From Lingula anatina (lineage: Eukaryota > Animalia > Brachiopoda), in the NCBI GenBank assembly GCA_051362555.1, contig CM120646.1, forward strand, positions 4,650,001 through 4,714,000: a stretch of DNA of 64,000 nt, written 5' to 3'. Below, piece by piece: positions 36,664 to 48,528 of the stretch (position 1 is its first letter; each line of letters opens with the position of its first letter). The translations under genes and the position numbers were made by a program. The notes beneath the pieces are model-generated. The model was not told the DNA's origin, made no database searches, and saw only the letters and a list, made by a program, of their open reading frames with translations.

Positions 36664-39409
36664 TAAGAGTTTCCGACACTTCATTTTATCTTACCAGGTT
36701 TAACAAAACGTATCATTTCTGCCAATCCTCCTCCGTTCACGTGACCACATCCTACAGCTCCTGACATAATGACCGCGTCGTAAGTGTCTGGGGGAGAAAA
36801 AACGTAATTAAAAAAAAACACTCTCCAATCATTTGGGACATTCCGCATTGTACTGATATATAACATTAAACAGATTAAAGTGGGAGCAGATATCATAAGC
36901 TTTCTACATTTATTCTATAATACATGTTCCACAAGTAGACCTACTCACCGTCGGCGATGTCTACACGGTTGGTACCAATAGTGGCATTGATCAGTTTCTT
37001 ATACAGGCCCTTCTGTCTTGCCTGCTCAAGCATTTCCTTGGACGCATCCAAACCATGCAGATTGTGGAAGCCTCGCTTTGAAAGCTGAAAAATGCGGAGC
37101 GATTAAGTAAAAAGCACACCTGTTCACTTAAAATCTGAACTGTAAAATTGGTAGTTATTAACTTAAAACAGGTAAAAGATAATCTCAAAAGCAATACAGG
37201 CCGATGTCAGTTTTTTTCTTTTCTTTTCTCTCTCTCTCTCTTTTTTTTTTTTTTTTAGGGGGGGGGGTGCGTCTCGATAGTCCGAAGGTTCTCTGGTCCG
37301 AAGTATCGTTGGTCTGAAAAATGGTAACATTTTAATCGGTTTTCTAATCAGGGTTTCATTGATCCGAAGGTTCCATAGTGAACATTCGGACCAATGTACA
37401 TTCGGACTATTGAACCTTCGGACTATTGCTACGGCCCTGATTTAGGACATGTACATGCAAGTGACACTAACACTATTCACTCTCTTTCTCCCATTTAGCC
37501 TTTCGATGCAGCAGGTGGGATCACTATTTTGTAGGTTTGGCAAAAGTAAAATAAATCATATCCAGATTTCAGTATTTTTCTTTCGTCATACACGCTTTAG
37601 GGAATAACATGTAATTAGGAGAGACCGGGGCTAGTTTGGACCCCGAAGTAAGTCCCCCCCCCTCCATCAATTTATGAAAAAGTAACTACGGGGTGAATAA
37701 ATTGATCACATCATTTATTAAAGTGACCGTATCCAATAGTGCTAAGAAAGCGTAGGTCGGAAAGAAGTTTTATTTAGGCAGTTTTATTTAGGAGTTCAAA
37801 TGAAAGAATTTAGCATCTTAAAGTAACTTTATTAAAGAGACTTAAAATGTCTTTCATATGCGTTCGATCGAATATAGTATGTATGTATAGGGCATCAATC
37901 TGAAGATCATTGTTTCAAGTTTTACATAAATGATTATCGTATTTTATTCTAGCACCAACAATGGCTGCGATCCTTTAAAATGAAAAATGTGCACCCGGGG
38001 CTAGTTGCCCCCCCTTGACTCGGGGCAAGTTGGAGCCTCATATAGACCACAATCCTTTGCGCGCAACAGAGGTTAAAACAAATTTAAGTTTAAAACTGAA
38101 TTTGTTAGTTTAAAACGAAAATGTATTATTCGTTTTCATTCATTGAAAATCTGCTTTATATCATTATTAGTTTATTTTTAATTAAAACAAAAGTTTTATT
38201 AATAGATATTTTGGTTCTTGCAACATACACCGTGACGTACAGAAACCTCAATAAATCTGCTTCATTTGAACTATTTATTTATAAAATCCATTTAATAAAT
38301 AAAAAATGTGTAAAATGTATTTCAAAGCGTTTATATGTGATACTTACTTCATTTTCGTATAGGGTGTCAACTTGCCCCCCTGACGTCAATTGCGTTTGGT
38401 TTTTTGTCAAATTGTGAGCCACCTGGCATAATATTTGAAAAATAATGATGTTGCACACGTAGCTAAGTTCATGGGGCTTACTTAGAAACCGGTTTTGTTA
38501 CTCTAACACATTCCAAGTTGGCTCTACAAGGCAAAACGTGTCTAACTGGGCCAACTAGCCCCGGGCTCTGTAACTCGAAAGCATTGCGTATTGGGAATAG
38601 CGATGTCACATAGAGGCTACAGTGTATTATATGTGGCGAGTATGGGCGAGTTATGGAATCGAGACGCTTGCGCTCGGTCGCAATGGGCGATGCTTTCGAG
38701 ATACGGGGCCCTGGTTTTCCCTACTACTCGCCTCTTGTCCCACCAATCCAGTTCCGCAGCAAACGTCCAGAATGAGGGCATCTTTCTTCTCTCCAAGTAA
38801 TTTCTCCAGCTCGGCAGCATTATTACTGGGAGAAAAATAGCTGAGGTCTACTATATCCTGGAAAGTAAACGTGTACTTTAAACGACGCTTCCTGAAACCC
38901 GTCTTGATCTCAGTATAGGATTGGTAACGTCATATTTTCACTTTCTTTTTTGATCATTTATAAAAGAAAATTCTACCGCACAGAGAACGAGTCTCATTTT
39001 GTGAAATGTGCCTTTTTACCAACAACATGTGTAATGTATGTTGTTACGAAATAGTTGAATTAAATGGATCTATAAACAATACAATACAACACTGTTATGC
39101 AAATATGCACCATACGACTGTAGTAGCCTCTACCAGGGTCACAGATGGATTTTTCAAAAGTCATCACAGAAATAACTTTGGCTAATTCATGACTAGGATT
39201 CTCTACTGTGTAATGTGCAGGAAAAATACATATAATTAAGCCGCGATCCCGGATGAGGGAACGGCTGCGCGGCATTTCGCCAAGCATCAAACCTTGTCAT
39301 AATCCTTGGCCCATGTTGAGTATAACTTGGCCGTCTCTTCTCTGGTGATATCACGTCGTTTGAACTGGTAGAGGACCGGGTGGCTTTTTTCCACTTGTTG
39401 TTCAGCCAT
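33259..39409 (-). CDS. METTL27: METTL27-like methyltransferase copy 4 (intact, 218 aa; introns expanded by TEs)
   Basis: E1 39409-39293, E2 38857-38732 (DVCCGTG, GC donor), E3 37084-36949, E4 36787-36695, E5 33443-33259; in frame. Confidence 0.9.
33664..36313. mobile_element. 2650 bp non-autonomous foldback-type TIR transposon, Academ-like
   Basis: Termini TAGTCCGGT..ACCGGACTA, ~300 bp TIRs, 3-bp TSD TTT and internal ~175 bp subrepeats in mirror orientation. Empty site in copy 6 at ~44485-44515. Confidence 0.88.
36628..36663. repeat. (TTTA)n microsatellite
   Basis: About 9 units; an interrupted paralogous tract is at 44670-44700. Confidence 0.85.
37265..37437. mobile_element. Small MITE with tagtccgaagg/ccttcggacta subrepeats
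   Basis: Inverted clusters of tccgaa/ttcgga units; absent from the aligned copy-6 intron (~45235-45245). Confidence 0.6.
37618..38721 (+). mobile_element. Tc1/mariner(pogo)-type MITE, ~1.1 kb, with a nested element in its right TIR
   Basis: TA|GGAGAGACCGGGGCTAGTT...CCAACTAGCCC[insert]TGGTTTTCCC|TA. Empty site in copy 6 (45400-45420). Confidence 0.85.
38564..38710. mobile_element. 147 bp PIF/Harbinger-like MITE nested in the mariner MITE TIR
   Basis: TIR ggctctgtaactcgaaagcat..atgctttcgagatacggggcc; flanks CCG/CTG. Same family as 56521-56667. Confidence 0.8.
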
Positions 39410-40393
39410 TATTCTGGTGAATTGTGAAATCCTGTACACTTACAGTCTATATCCCTACTGAGGTCAGTAGCGTTCAGGGCATAGATTTGGTCGCAAGGCA
39501 AAGCAAAATAATTATGTTTCATCGTTATCAGTTTCGCATACCTCTTCTGCCACAAAATTTGGGTACGTGGAATATTCATATTTTACTTTGGTTCGGGTTC
39601 AAAGTGATTGTTAATTTTCTGTATGTTTCAAGGCCTCGAGGACATTACAAATACGTTTAAAACTTGATTTTTGTTTTTTATATGTTGGAAATATTAAGTT
39701 ATATTTTTGCAACATGGACTAAAAATAAACAGCTTTTCTGCCTGTCCTGACTGGTACACTTGGCAGCCTAGCTTTAGGCTACACCTCCGTTGTCAATCAC
39801 CGTTACTATGGGGGGCGTCTTGGTGCGTAGAGCGGCGTCAACGCACGTCGGATGGCATTGTCCTCTGCTTGCACCTCAAGTAATTTGCTTTTTGTTTGTT
39901 AGCTCTTCCTTAACAGTGCACAAACTCCTACTGCGATAGGGACAATCATATTTAATTTCGTCAGTGAAACGAGAGTACAGTAGGTACTCAATTTATTTTA
40001 TTAGAGTCTCGCCCATAGGATAAAATATAAAAACAACAAAAGTTAAAACATTCATAACAACAGGCAGTTCTATAGAGAACTATGAGAGACCAAAAACTAA
40101 TTACAGTTTAAATACATAAAATTTCTTCTTAATCCTAAGAAAAGGCTACAGGCTTTGGCAGATAGCTTTAGAATAGAATAAATAGAATTTAATATTCAAA
40201 CGCAGTCGATACAGATGTTTTTCAGTTATACAATGCGGGCAGCTTTCCATTACTTATTTCCTACACTGTACACATGTTTTATCCTAAAGCTACCATGCAA
40301 TGCGGGCAGCACCAGCACTAGCACTAGGTGCCAGCAGACGACAAAGCAGATTCTAGGTAACTAACACTTCAAAACTGCTTCACAAACGAAAGG

Positions 40394-42657
40394 ATGGCTA
40401 AAACAGAGGAGAAAATGCTACCAATTTACGTTGAGCTTAACAGACCAGGCATCACAACTGAAGAGGTGGAGGACGTTTATGCCAGATGGGCCAAAGATTA
40501 CGACAAGGTGAGATAATCCACTTTTTTGTCCTTGCATGGTGACACTGCATGGACGCGAAGACAAAGGCATATTTGAGGAACAAACATTGTTCAATGCACT
40601 TCCCCCTTACCCTGTTTTCTCACTCTCTCTCAGAGTTGTCATCGGTTAACGTCAATATGCACAATCAGATAAATCTGATGTATTATGAAGTTTTATGATT
40701 TGTAGACTGCATTGACACACTAACTGGTTAATTCTGGAACTAAAGCTCGTTATTCATTATCTTTTTTTTTTCTTGTCGGGTTTCTTTCTGAAAATGTCAT
40801 CTAGTACTAACAGAAAAAAGGGAAAAAAGAGACAAAATAGACAGATAAAAGGAAACACCGACATGACCTCCTTGGCGGAGGTGAGAGATTTATGCATTGA
40901 ATACAAACATGATAAAACGTTCAGATGATATTGTTGAACGCAAATGTTAAATTTTTAAAATATCTCTTTCAAGGATATGGCAGATCTCAATTACTTCGTG
41001 TCAAGTAACAATGCTTATGTGGTGGAGAAAGCGTTAAAGCACAAAAATGATGCCCTTATTTTAGATGCCGCCTGCGGGACTGGTTTAGTTGGTGTAGAAG
41101 TAAGTGGTTTTCTTTTGAATGAGTAATATATCACAGTACATGCAAACTAGAAAAATACTGAAAATATAAAAGCACGCAGAGAGCGCAGACCTACGCCAAT
41201 GATGGATCGTGGTAGTTGAGAGCACAATCATTGCAAAGAATGTCAAGGTCATTGGTCCTATCTATCAAAGGCTAATAATCCTTTCCAAATTATTTATACA
41301 AATGATGAACTGCATCACCACCAAAAATTATTCACTTTTCAGCTAGCCTACTCGTGACCATCTTGACAATTTCATTGAAACCCAGCCGTGTTTTAATGTA
41401 GTTGACAAACAAATAAACAGGAAAATAGACAATACATATTGGTGGAGGAAATAAAAAACGAGCTAGATCAACCTGTTGTGCGAAATTTTGCGACTGGTTG
41501 AAGATAAATTATTTAAGGTTTGGTGTAAAATGATTTCATCTGCTTCAGTTTGACTATTTTTTTTAAAGCTAAAATAAACTGTATTCTATATGTCTTAGCT
41601 AACAAAGCGTGGTTTCCACAACCTCCACGGCCTGGATAGGTCACCCGCCATGCTTGAGCAGGCAAAACAGAAGGACATCTACAAGAAAATGATGTGTGCC
41701 TCACTTGGCCCAAACCGGTTGGGTATCCCGGACGGTACGTAGCGATTGTTGTGATGTTTACTCAGTACGTCAACAGTGCGTTGCTATCTGAGTTGATTGT
41801 TGGGTGGAACATTTACAGTGAATGGCTACGGGTCCTCTGTGTTCAAATTTGCCTTGTGAGTGTTTCAGGACGTGTGCAGTGTAGTTATTCGTATTGACCG
41901 AACTTGCCTTGAGAAACCAAACTTGACTTTCAAGAGAGCGTGTCGGGACTTCTTTTGTCACTAAATCCAAGGTTTGTTTCATTATTCAAGTTGAAAACGT
42001 GGTAGGTATTATGACATTGATTTGTCTTAATTCAGCGGGAGAGGTGAGATTTAAAAAATTGCTATATTGCTTGTAACTTCCAGACACATACGATGCAGTT
42101 GTCATGTCCGGGGCTGTTGGTTCTGGACACGTGGACGGAAGTTGCTTGGAGGAATTCATTCGCATAATTAAGCCAGGTTAAGTGATATTGGTTACAATTC
42201 GAAGAGTGAACCAAGAACGATTATTCTCAACGGCTCATTCTTTCTAAATCTAGATTATACCACACAAATCCCCAAGAGATAATTTCATTTCGACATATGT
42301 CTTTTTTTAGTTCCAGCCATCATGTTTTGATAGATTATGGTTTCAACCGCGGAAATCAAACGTCCTGGCTTCATAAATGTCGCAGGAGTCCAAATTACCT
42401 GGTAAAACAAATGCAAAACCAGTTAAACAAAGGTTTCCTCAATTGCCTCAAATCCTCTTTTTTATCTTCCAGGCGGGTATGTGGTCATGGACACCACTTT
42501 GAAGTTTTTCCACCGTGTTAGTTACCAAGGCAAGAGTTGGGACGAAATAATTGACAACCACATCATGGCCGGCCGCTGGGTCACGGTGACCAGACGCCTG
42601 GTGGAGCAGTCGTTTAATTCTCTAGACGGGATACAGTACGCTTTTCAAGTAAAATAG
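40394..42657 (+). CDS. METTL27: METTL27-like methyltransferase copy 5 (intact, 217 aa)
   Basis: E1 40394-40507, E2 40974-41099 (ALILDAACGTGLVGVE, GT donor), E3 41599-41734, E4 42084-42176, E5 42473-42657; in frame. Confidence 0.9.
41146..41452 (+). mobile_element. Degenerate Helentron-associated (HINE/DINE-like) non-autonomous element
   Basis: Starts aactagaaa..gcacgcagagagcgcagacctacgccaa and ends ..ttggtggagg. The related terminal hairpin acctccttggcggaggt is at ~40867-40883. Confidence 0.45.
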
Positions 42658-44139
42658 ACCTTGTCTTGTTGACAAAGTTTTATGATTTTCTAATATATGG
42701 TCTGTCTTAGGACAGATGAACAGCTTATCAACCGGAATCCGTAAAAATAATGAAATAATATCAAATTGCTGAAAGAGTCTTTTCATTATAAATACATTTT
42801 AATTCCAGCAAGCATTCTAGTTTTTAATACCAGACAGAATCTTATTATTAGACAATTCTACTAGATTTAGGGACAGATGAGCTTTTTGTGGATTTTTGAT
42901 TACAACAAATCGACTGTAATACCAATACGTAAAAAGACGGATTTCGATAAAACAATTGCCGGTATTTTGCTGTGCTTTACTGCAAAATCTACGAACCCGG
43001 CACCCTATACTTTAATATCATAATCTAAAGTAAATGGATAATTGGCCTGTCTGTACTTTACTGGGTTTTGGAATTTATGTTATAGTTTGCGAGATTCATA
43101 ACCGATACAAGTATTACAGAGGAGTTCAGTTAAATTGACAAAAAAAAAAAATGGGGCTAGGGGAGAGATATTGTTCAAAGAAGGGAATCTAAATTAAATT
43201 TTGTTACGTTAAGATCTTGAGTGTAATTTTACAAATGAATGCAGAATGCAGCAAACGATGCGAAGAAAAAACTTTTTAGCACATATGAGGGATAAAAAGC
43301 AGAAGGAAGTAGGAGACAAAACTTGCGCGAGTACAAGTAGGGTTATAATAGAGAGGGCAATGACATGTCAACAGAGGTAAATAATATGACATTTTACAAA
43401 TTTGCAAAAAACTTGCACTGAGACAATGTCGCATGTTGCAATGGAGGCACTGGTTAGGAAGCTTTAGGAAGCCTTGATAGTATTAGTAGTAAAAAGTGCA
43501 CGCGCAGTGAATGAATTGTGCGCACGCAGACCGTTTTCGAAGACAACAGAGCCTAAAACTGAAAGCGAAGAACGGACAAAAAAAGTTAAAATCGCTTTAT
43601 GACGAATAATGTAGACATCTAATAGTGATGATTATTGAAGATGAACAATTTTAGACACCACTCTTACATCATCTCAACAACTCTGATAGCACCCCCTCAA
43701 TAGTGGCCATTAATGGAAAACCATGCCAATAACCCTTTTCAAACTTACAGGAAAGAAACATAGGACTTAAATACAGCTTTACCTTGAAAACAAGTCTGAT
43801 TGGTTGATTTTTCTGGCAGTAACATGTTTTTTTTGTTTGTTTTCAGATATTGGCATTTTCAAGGTGTGACTTTGAACCTCGATGGGCTTGAAGACAGCTC
43901 TAATATACCAATAATATGACGCAAGATGTCTTCCATTCTACTTTAAAAGTATGTAGTGAGGGACAAAAACCAGCCAAAGAAAGCATTATCTTAATTTGCA
44001 TCAAATTATCTTTAGGCAAGGCTTGGCATATAAACTAAGACCTGCAAAGCATATTAAATTGTGACAAAATGTCCTCTTTTATTGGATTGCAGCAAGCTAC
44101 ACTGAAATGCGACACAATCCTATTTTCGCTAGACCGCAT

Positions 44140-46098
44140 TTACTTCACTTGAAAGCTATACTGCACGCCACCTAGTGTGTTGTACGTCAGCTCCACCCGG
44201 CGTCTGGTCACCGTGACCCAGCGTCCGGCTACGATGTGGCTGTCAATCATTTCGTCCCAGCTCTTATCGCCGTATTCACTTCCATGTGTGTACTTGTCAA
44301 TGCTGTCCATGACAACGTAACCACCTAAATTTAAAGATTAAAAATGGTTAAATTCTCTTTTGTCATTTTTTGGGACTTTTGCTATTTTCCGAGATTGACG
44401 AATGTAGATCGAAATTTGTCTGACGTTTCGGAGGACCACATTCTACCTTGTCTGGTCTACTGTGTCTGGTACAAGCTAATATTGCTTGAGGATATTTCCC
44501 CAAAGTCGAATGCCATTTTTAATTCGTACAATGTAGTATCGCCGCATAATGATAGGCGATAACTGATCAGCACATCCAGCGATAAACAGGGTTTCAGAAT
44601 TATTAAAATATATATACAAGACGACTGGTACAATAAAGTGATTTGCCTTCCTTTTGAAATTAAAATAGAAATTTATTTATTCATTTATTTATTTATTTAT
44701 AAGTTCCAGACGCTTCATTTTATCTTACCTGGTTTAACAAGGCGGATCATTTCTGCCAATCCACCTGCGTTCACGTGACCACATCCTACACCCCCTGACA
44801 TGATGACCGCGTCGTATGTGTCTGGGGGAGAAAAAAAGTAAATAAAAACCGGGCCCTCTCCAGTGTTTAGGACATTCCGTTATGTACTAATATATAACAT
44901 AAAACAGATTAAAGTGGATACAGATATCCTTAGCTGTCTACATTTATTCCATATTAGATCTACCACAAGTACTCACCGTTGGCAATGTCTACACGGTTGG
45001 TGCCAACAGTGGCATTGATCAGTTTCTTATAGACGCCCTTCTGGCTTGCCTGCTCAAGCATTTCCTTTGACGCATCCAAGCCGTGCAGATTATGGAAGCC
45101 TCGCTTTGAAAGCTGAAAAATCAGAGCAATTACATGTAAGTTAAAACACACCTGTTCACGTAACTGTGAACTGTACAATTGGTATTTATTAACCTGAAAT
45201 AGAAAAAGATAACCTCAAAAGCAATACAGGCCAATGTCTGGGACATGCACATGCAAATGACACTGACACAATTTGCTCTCTCTCTCCCATTTAGCCTTTC
45301 TATGCAGCCGGTGGGATCGCTATTTTGTACGTTTGGCAGAAGTAAAACAAAGCATATCCAGATGTCAGTTTTTTATTTCGTCATACACGCTTTAGGGAAT
45401 AACATGAAAATACTACTCGCCTCTTGTCCCGCCAATCCAGTTCCGCAGCAAACGTCCAGAATGAGGGCATCTTTCTTCTCTCCGAGTAATTTCTCCAGCT
45501 CGGCAGCATCATTACTGGGAGAAAAATAGCTGAGGTCTGCTATATCCTGGAAAGTGAACGTGAACTTGAAACGATGCTTCCTGAAACCTTTCCTGATCTC
45601 AGTATAGGATTGGTAACGTCATACTTTTCAATAAATTTTTTGATCATTTATAAAAGAAAATTCTACCGCACAGAGAACGAGTCTCATTTTGTGAAATTTG
45701 CCTTTTCATCAACAGCATGTGTAATGTATGTTGTAACGATATAGCTGAATTAAATGGATCTATAAACACTACAATACGTTATTATGAAAGTATGCACCAT
45801 ACGACTGTAGTAGCCTCTACCAGTGACACAGATGGGTTTTTCAAATGCATTCACAGAAATAACTTTGGCTAATTCATGACTAGGATTCTCTGCTGTGTGA
45901 TGTGCAGGAAAAAAATACATATAATTAAGCCGCGATCCCGGTTGAGGGAACGGCTGCGCGGTATTTCGCCAAGCATCAAACCTTGTCGTAATCCTTGGCC
46001 CATGTTGAGTATAACTTGGCCGTTTCTTCCCTGGAGATATCACGTCGTTTGAACTGGTCGATGACCGGGTGGCTTTTTTCCACTTGTTGTTCAGCCAT
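44140..46098 (-). CDS. METTL27: METTL27-like methyltransferase copy 6 (intact, 218 aa), close paralog of copy 4
   Basis: E1 46098-45982, E2 45546-45421 (DVCCGTG, GC donor), E3 45112-44977, E4 44821-44729, E5 44324-44140; in frame. Confidence 0.9.
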
Positions 46099-46509
46099 TA
46101 TTCTGGTGAATGGTGAAATCCTGTACACTTACAAATCATATCCCTGCTGACGTGCGTCTGCTGCAGATAACCTCGTAGGTGAGAAAGTAAGGTTCGCGGA
46201 CTTGGACTTGGCCGTAAGGGAAAGCAAAATAATTATGCTTTTTCGTCATCTTTTCACCAATTGTTCTAAATACATGCGATGCATTGCACTCAAAGTTTCA
46301 CAAACCTACTCTGCCACTTAACACAGAAATATTATCGTATAAAAGGATCAAGTTATTTGCTTGCAATATTCAACATAATAATACTCATTTATGAATACTG
46401 ATAAACGAATCATTTTCGTAAATTGACTTACACACCTGTCGCTAGATAAGAGCTTAAATGGGACATTGTTAAGGTCACGGGGGTCCAGAAACTGGGGCAT
46501 CGGTCAAAG

Positions 46510-46665
46510 AGTTCATTCTGATCAGGCCGACTCACTTGAATGCTTGTTGGCTAATCCCCGCAGGGAATCTATTCAGTGTCTTATCTTGAATTAAGCGGAA
46601 AGCTTTTAGTGAGTTCGCCATATTTGATCCGCGGATCTGTTAGTCCGCTGTTCTGAATGTGCTCT
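46510..46665. mobile_element. Partial copy of the palindromic MITE at 48145-48319
   Basis: Shares ggaatctattcag..tttagtg..cgccata..agtccgctgttctgaatgtg. Confidence 0.55.
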
Positions 46666-46715
46666 AAGGTTGTTTCGCACATTAGTCGGGCAGATCATGA
46701 TCTGGTTCCTTTTAG

Positions 46716-46960
46716 ATACCATTCCCAGAGACTATCGTACTAACTTTGGATAGAACTATCTCCAAGGGGATTCGCGCTTAATTGCAATTGATAAAACGGC
46801 TTAGATGTCAGTCATGCCTACTGAAGCTAATTTCATCGTTTAGAAGCTTTAACAGGCGTCCCCGTCATGTAAGCCACTTAAGCTGAAAGCAAGATAGCAA
46901 AAAAACCCGTGGAGATGGACCGAGCCTGTCAGATTGATCTAGGGATTGGAACCCATTCTA
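46716..46960. mobile_element. Palindromic MITE; second copy at ~54891-55150
   Basis: ctatcgtactaact..ggcttagatgtc..gcctactgaagct..acttaagctgaaa..gatcta is shared between the two loci and is internally self-complementary. Confidence 0.65.
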
Positions 46961-48144
46961 AGATGAATAGAACTTGAAACTACACTGTCCATAGCAATGT
47001 GCCCAGTGACACAGAATTTTAAATGTAGAAGCTTCAAAGAATTGTATAATGCCACATATAAGTCACAGAGAAAATTTTGTATAAAAAGCAACATTGATTG
47101 TGTCTTTGATAAAAATACCAGTACTTTAACCAAGCATCCAAATGTAATGATGGATATGATATATTTGATTTCAGTTTCTACGGGTATTAACAATTATAAT
47201 GCTTGTTAAAATCAGAAAATTTACTTGTCTCACATTTTGATATAATTTCATTACTTAATGACAATAAAGTTCAGTCAATCATTGTAATATATTACAGAGT
47301 ACATGTAAAACGGAAATATTTTTATCATCTCGGTCTAGGAAAGATCAAATAAATTAAATTGAAAATTACACCGGCAAAATCAAAAAGAAAAGTTAAAAGT
47401 AATAGCTTAAATTATTCTTTTTTCTTATTTGAAAAAAGATGTAATGTTTGGAAAAATCTTTTAAAATCTTTTGCGCCCGCTTCAACTTAGAAGTCTTCAT
47501 TTACTTAGAAGAAATAAAAAAGTTCATTTGCGGAGTGAATAGTATTTTTATTAAAATTTCGAGTTTGTGAATCACACATTCTTTATAAAGGTTGAGTGAA
47601 TATAACGAATTGGAGCTTACAAAAGCTTATTCACCGAGTTTTTCAGACAAATGCAAGGGCATTCATACCCTATTTCTCCATTCCGATCACGTATTTACTT
47701 CCTGTCGTTGTCTTTTGCATGACTACCAGAATTTTCCATTTTGATTTGTCACTCCACCATTCAATATTTCCTTACAAAACAATCTCTAAGAGCCTTGTTT
47801 CAATTCAAAATCTAAAATATTATTTGCATTACCTCAAACTTGAATCGTACCCGTATCCCTCTCAATAAGAATCTGCATATTAAAATTTAATTAAAGTATT
47901 CCAATGGCCTAGTTAGGTACGTCAATGTTATACTACCCATATACACAATTTGCACGATGCGAGGTTGCCGAATTTTTGAGAAATAATAAAGTTAAATCTT
48001 TGGGTATCCTGCTACCAATGTACAAAATGCGGTAGGGGTGACATTGTTTGGTAGGGGAGTATATGATGTTTATCAATAAATTGCTTGTAAAAGATCATAC
48101 GAAAGCATGGTTAATTATCTTGAATAATTGATATAATATTCTAA

Positions 48145-48319
48145 GGCCGCATTCATAACAGTGGACTAAGAAGTCCGCAGATCAAATATGGCTGACCGAC
48201 TTGAAAACTTCCCCACGGGGAATCTATTCAGCGTATGATAGCGGATTAGAAGGCAAGTTTTTTAGTGGGTCGCCATAATTGACCCAGGGACTAGTAAGTC
48301 CACTGTTCTGAATGTGGCC
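48145..48319. mobile_element. PIF/Harbinger-like MITE
   Basis: TIR ggccgcattcataacagtggact / agtccactgttctgaatgtggcc, flanked by TAA/TAG. Confidence 0.7.
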
Positions 48320-48528
48320 TAGGATAGGAAATATCCAACCCCACAATTTTTCTGCTAAAAAACTAAAAAACTTGCCTTCTGGGTCAGTGCATCTACATGT
48401 AGATTAGTAATGTCCTCCTTTATACAAGGCTGCAGATTTGGTTAACACATTCTTCACCTGTATCTAAGACCTATCATATACATGTGCATCAGTAAGTCAT
48501 AAATCGGGTTCATGCAACAAGACCGCAT

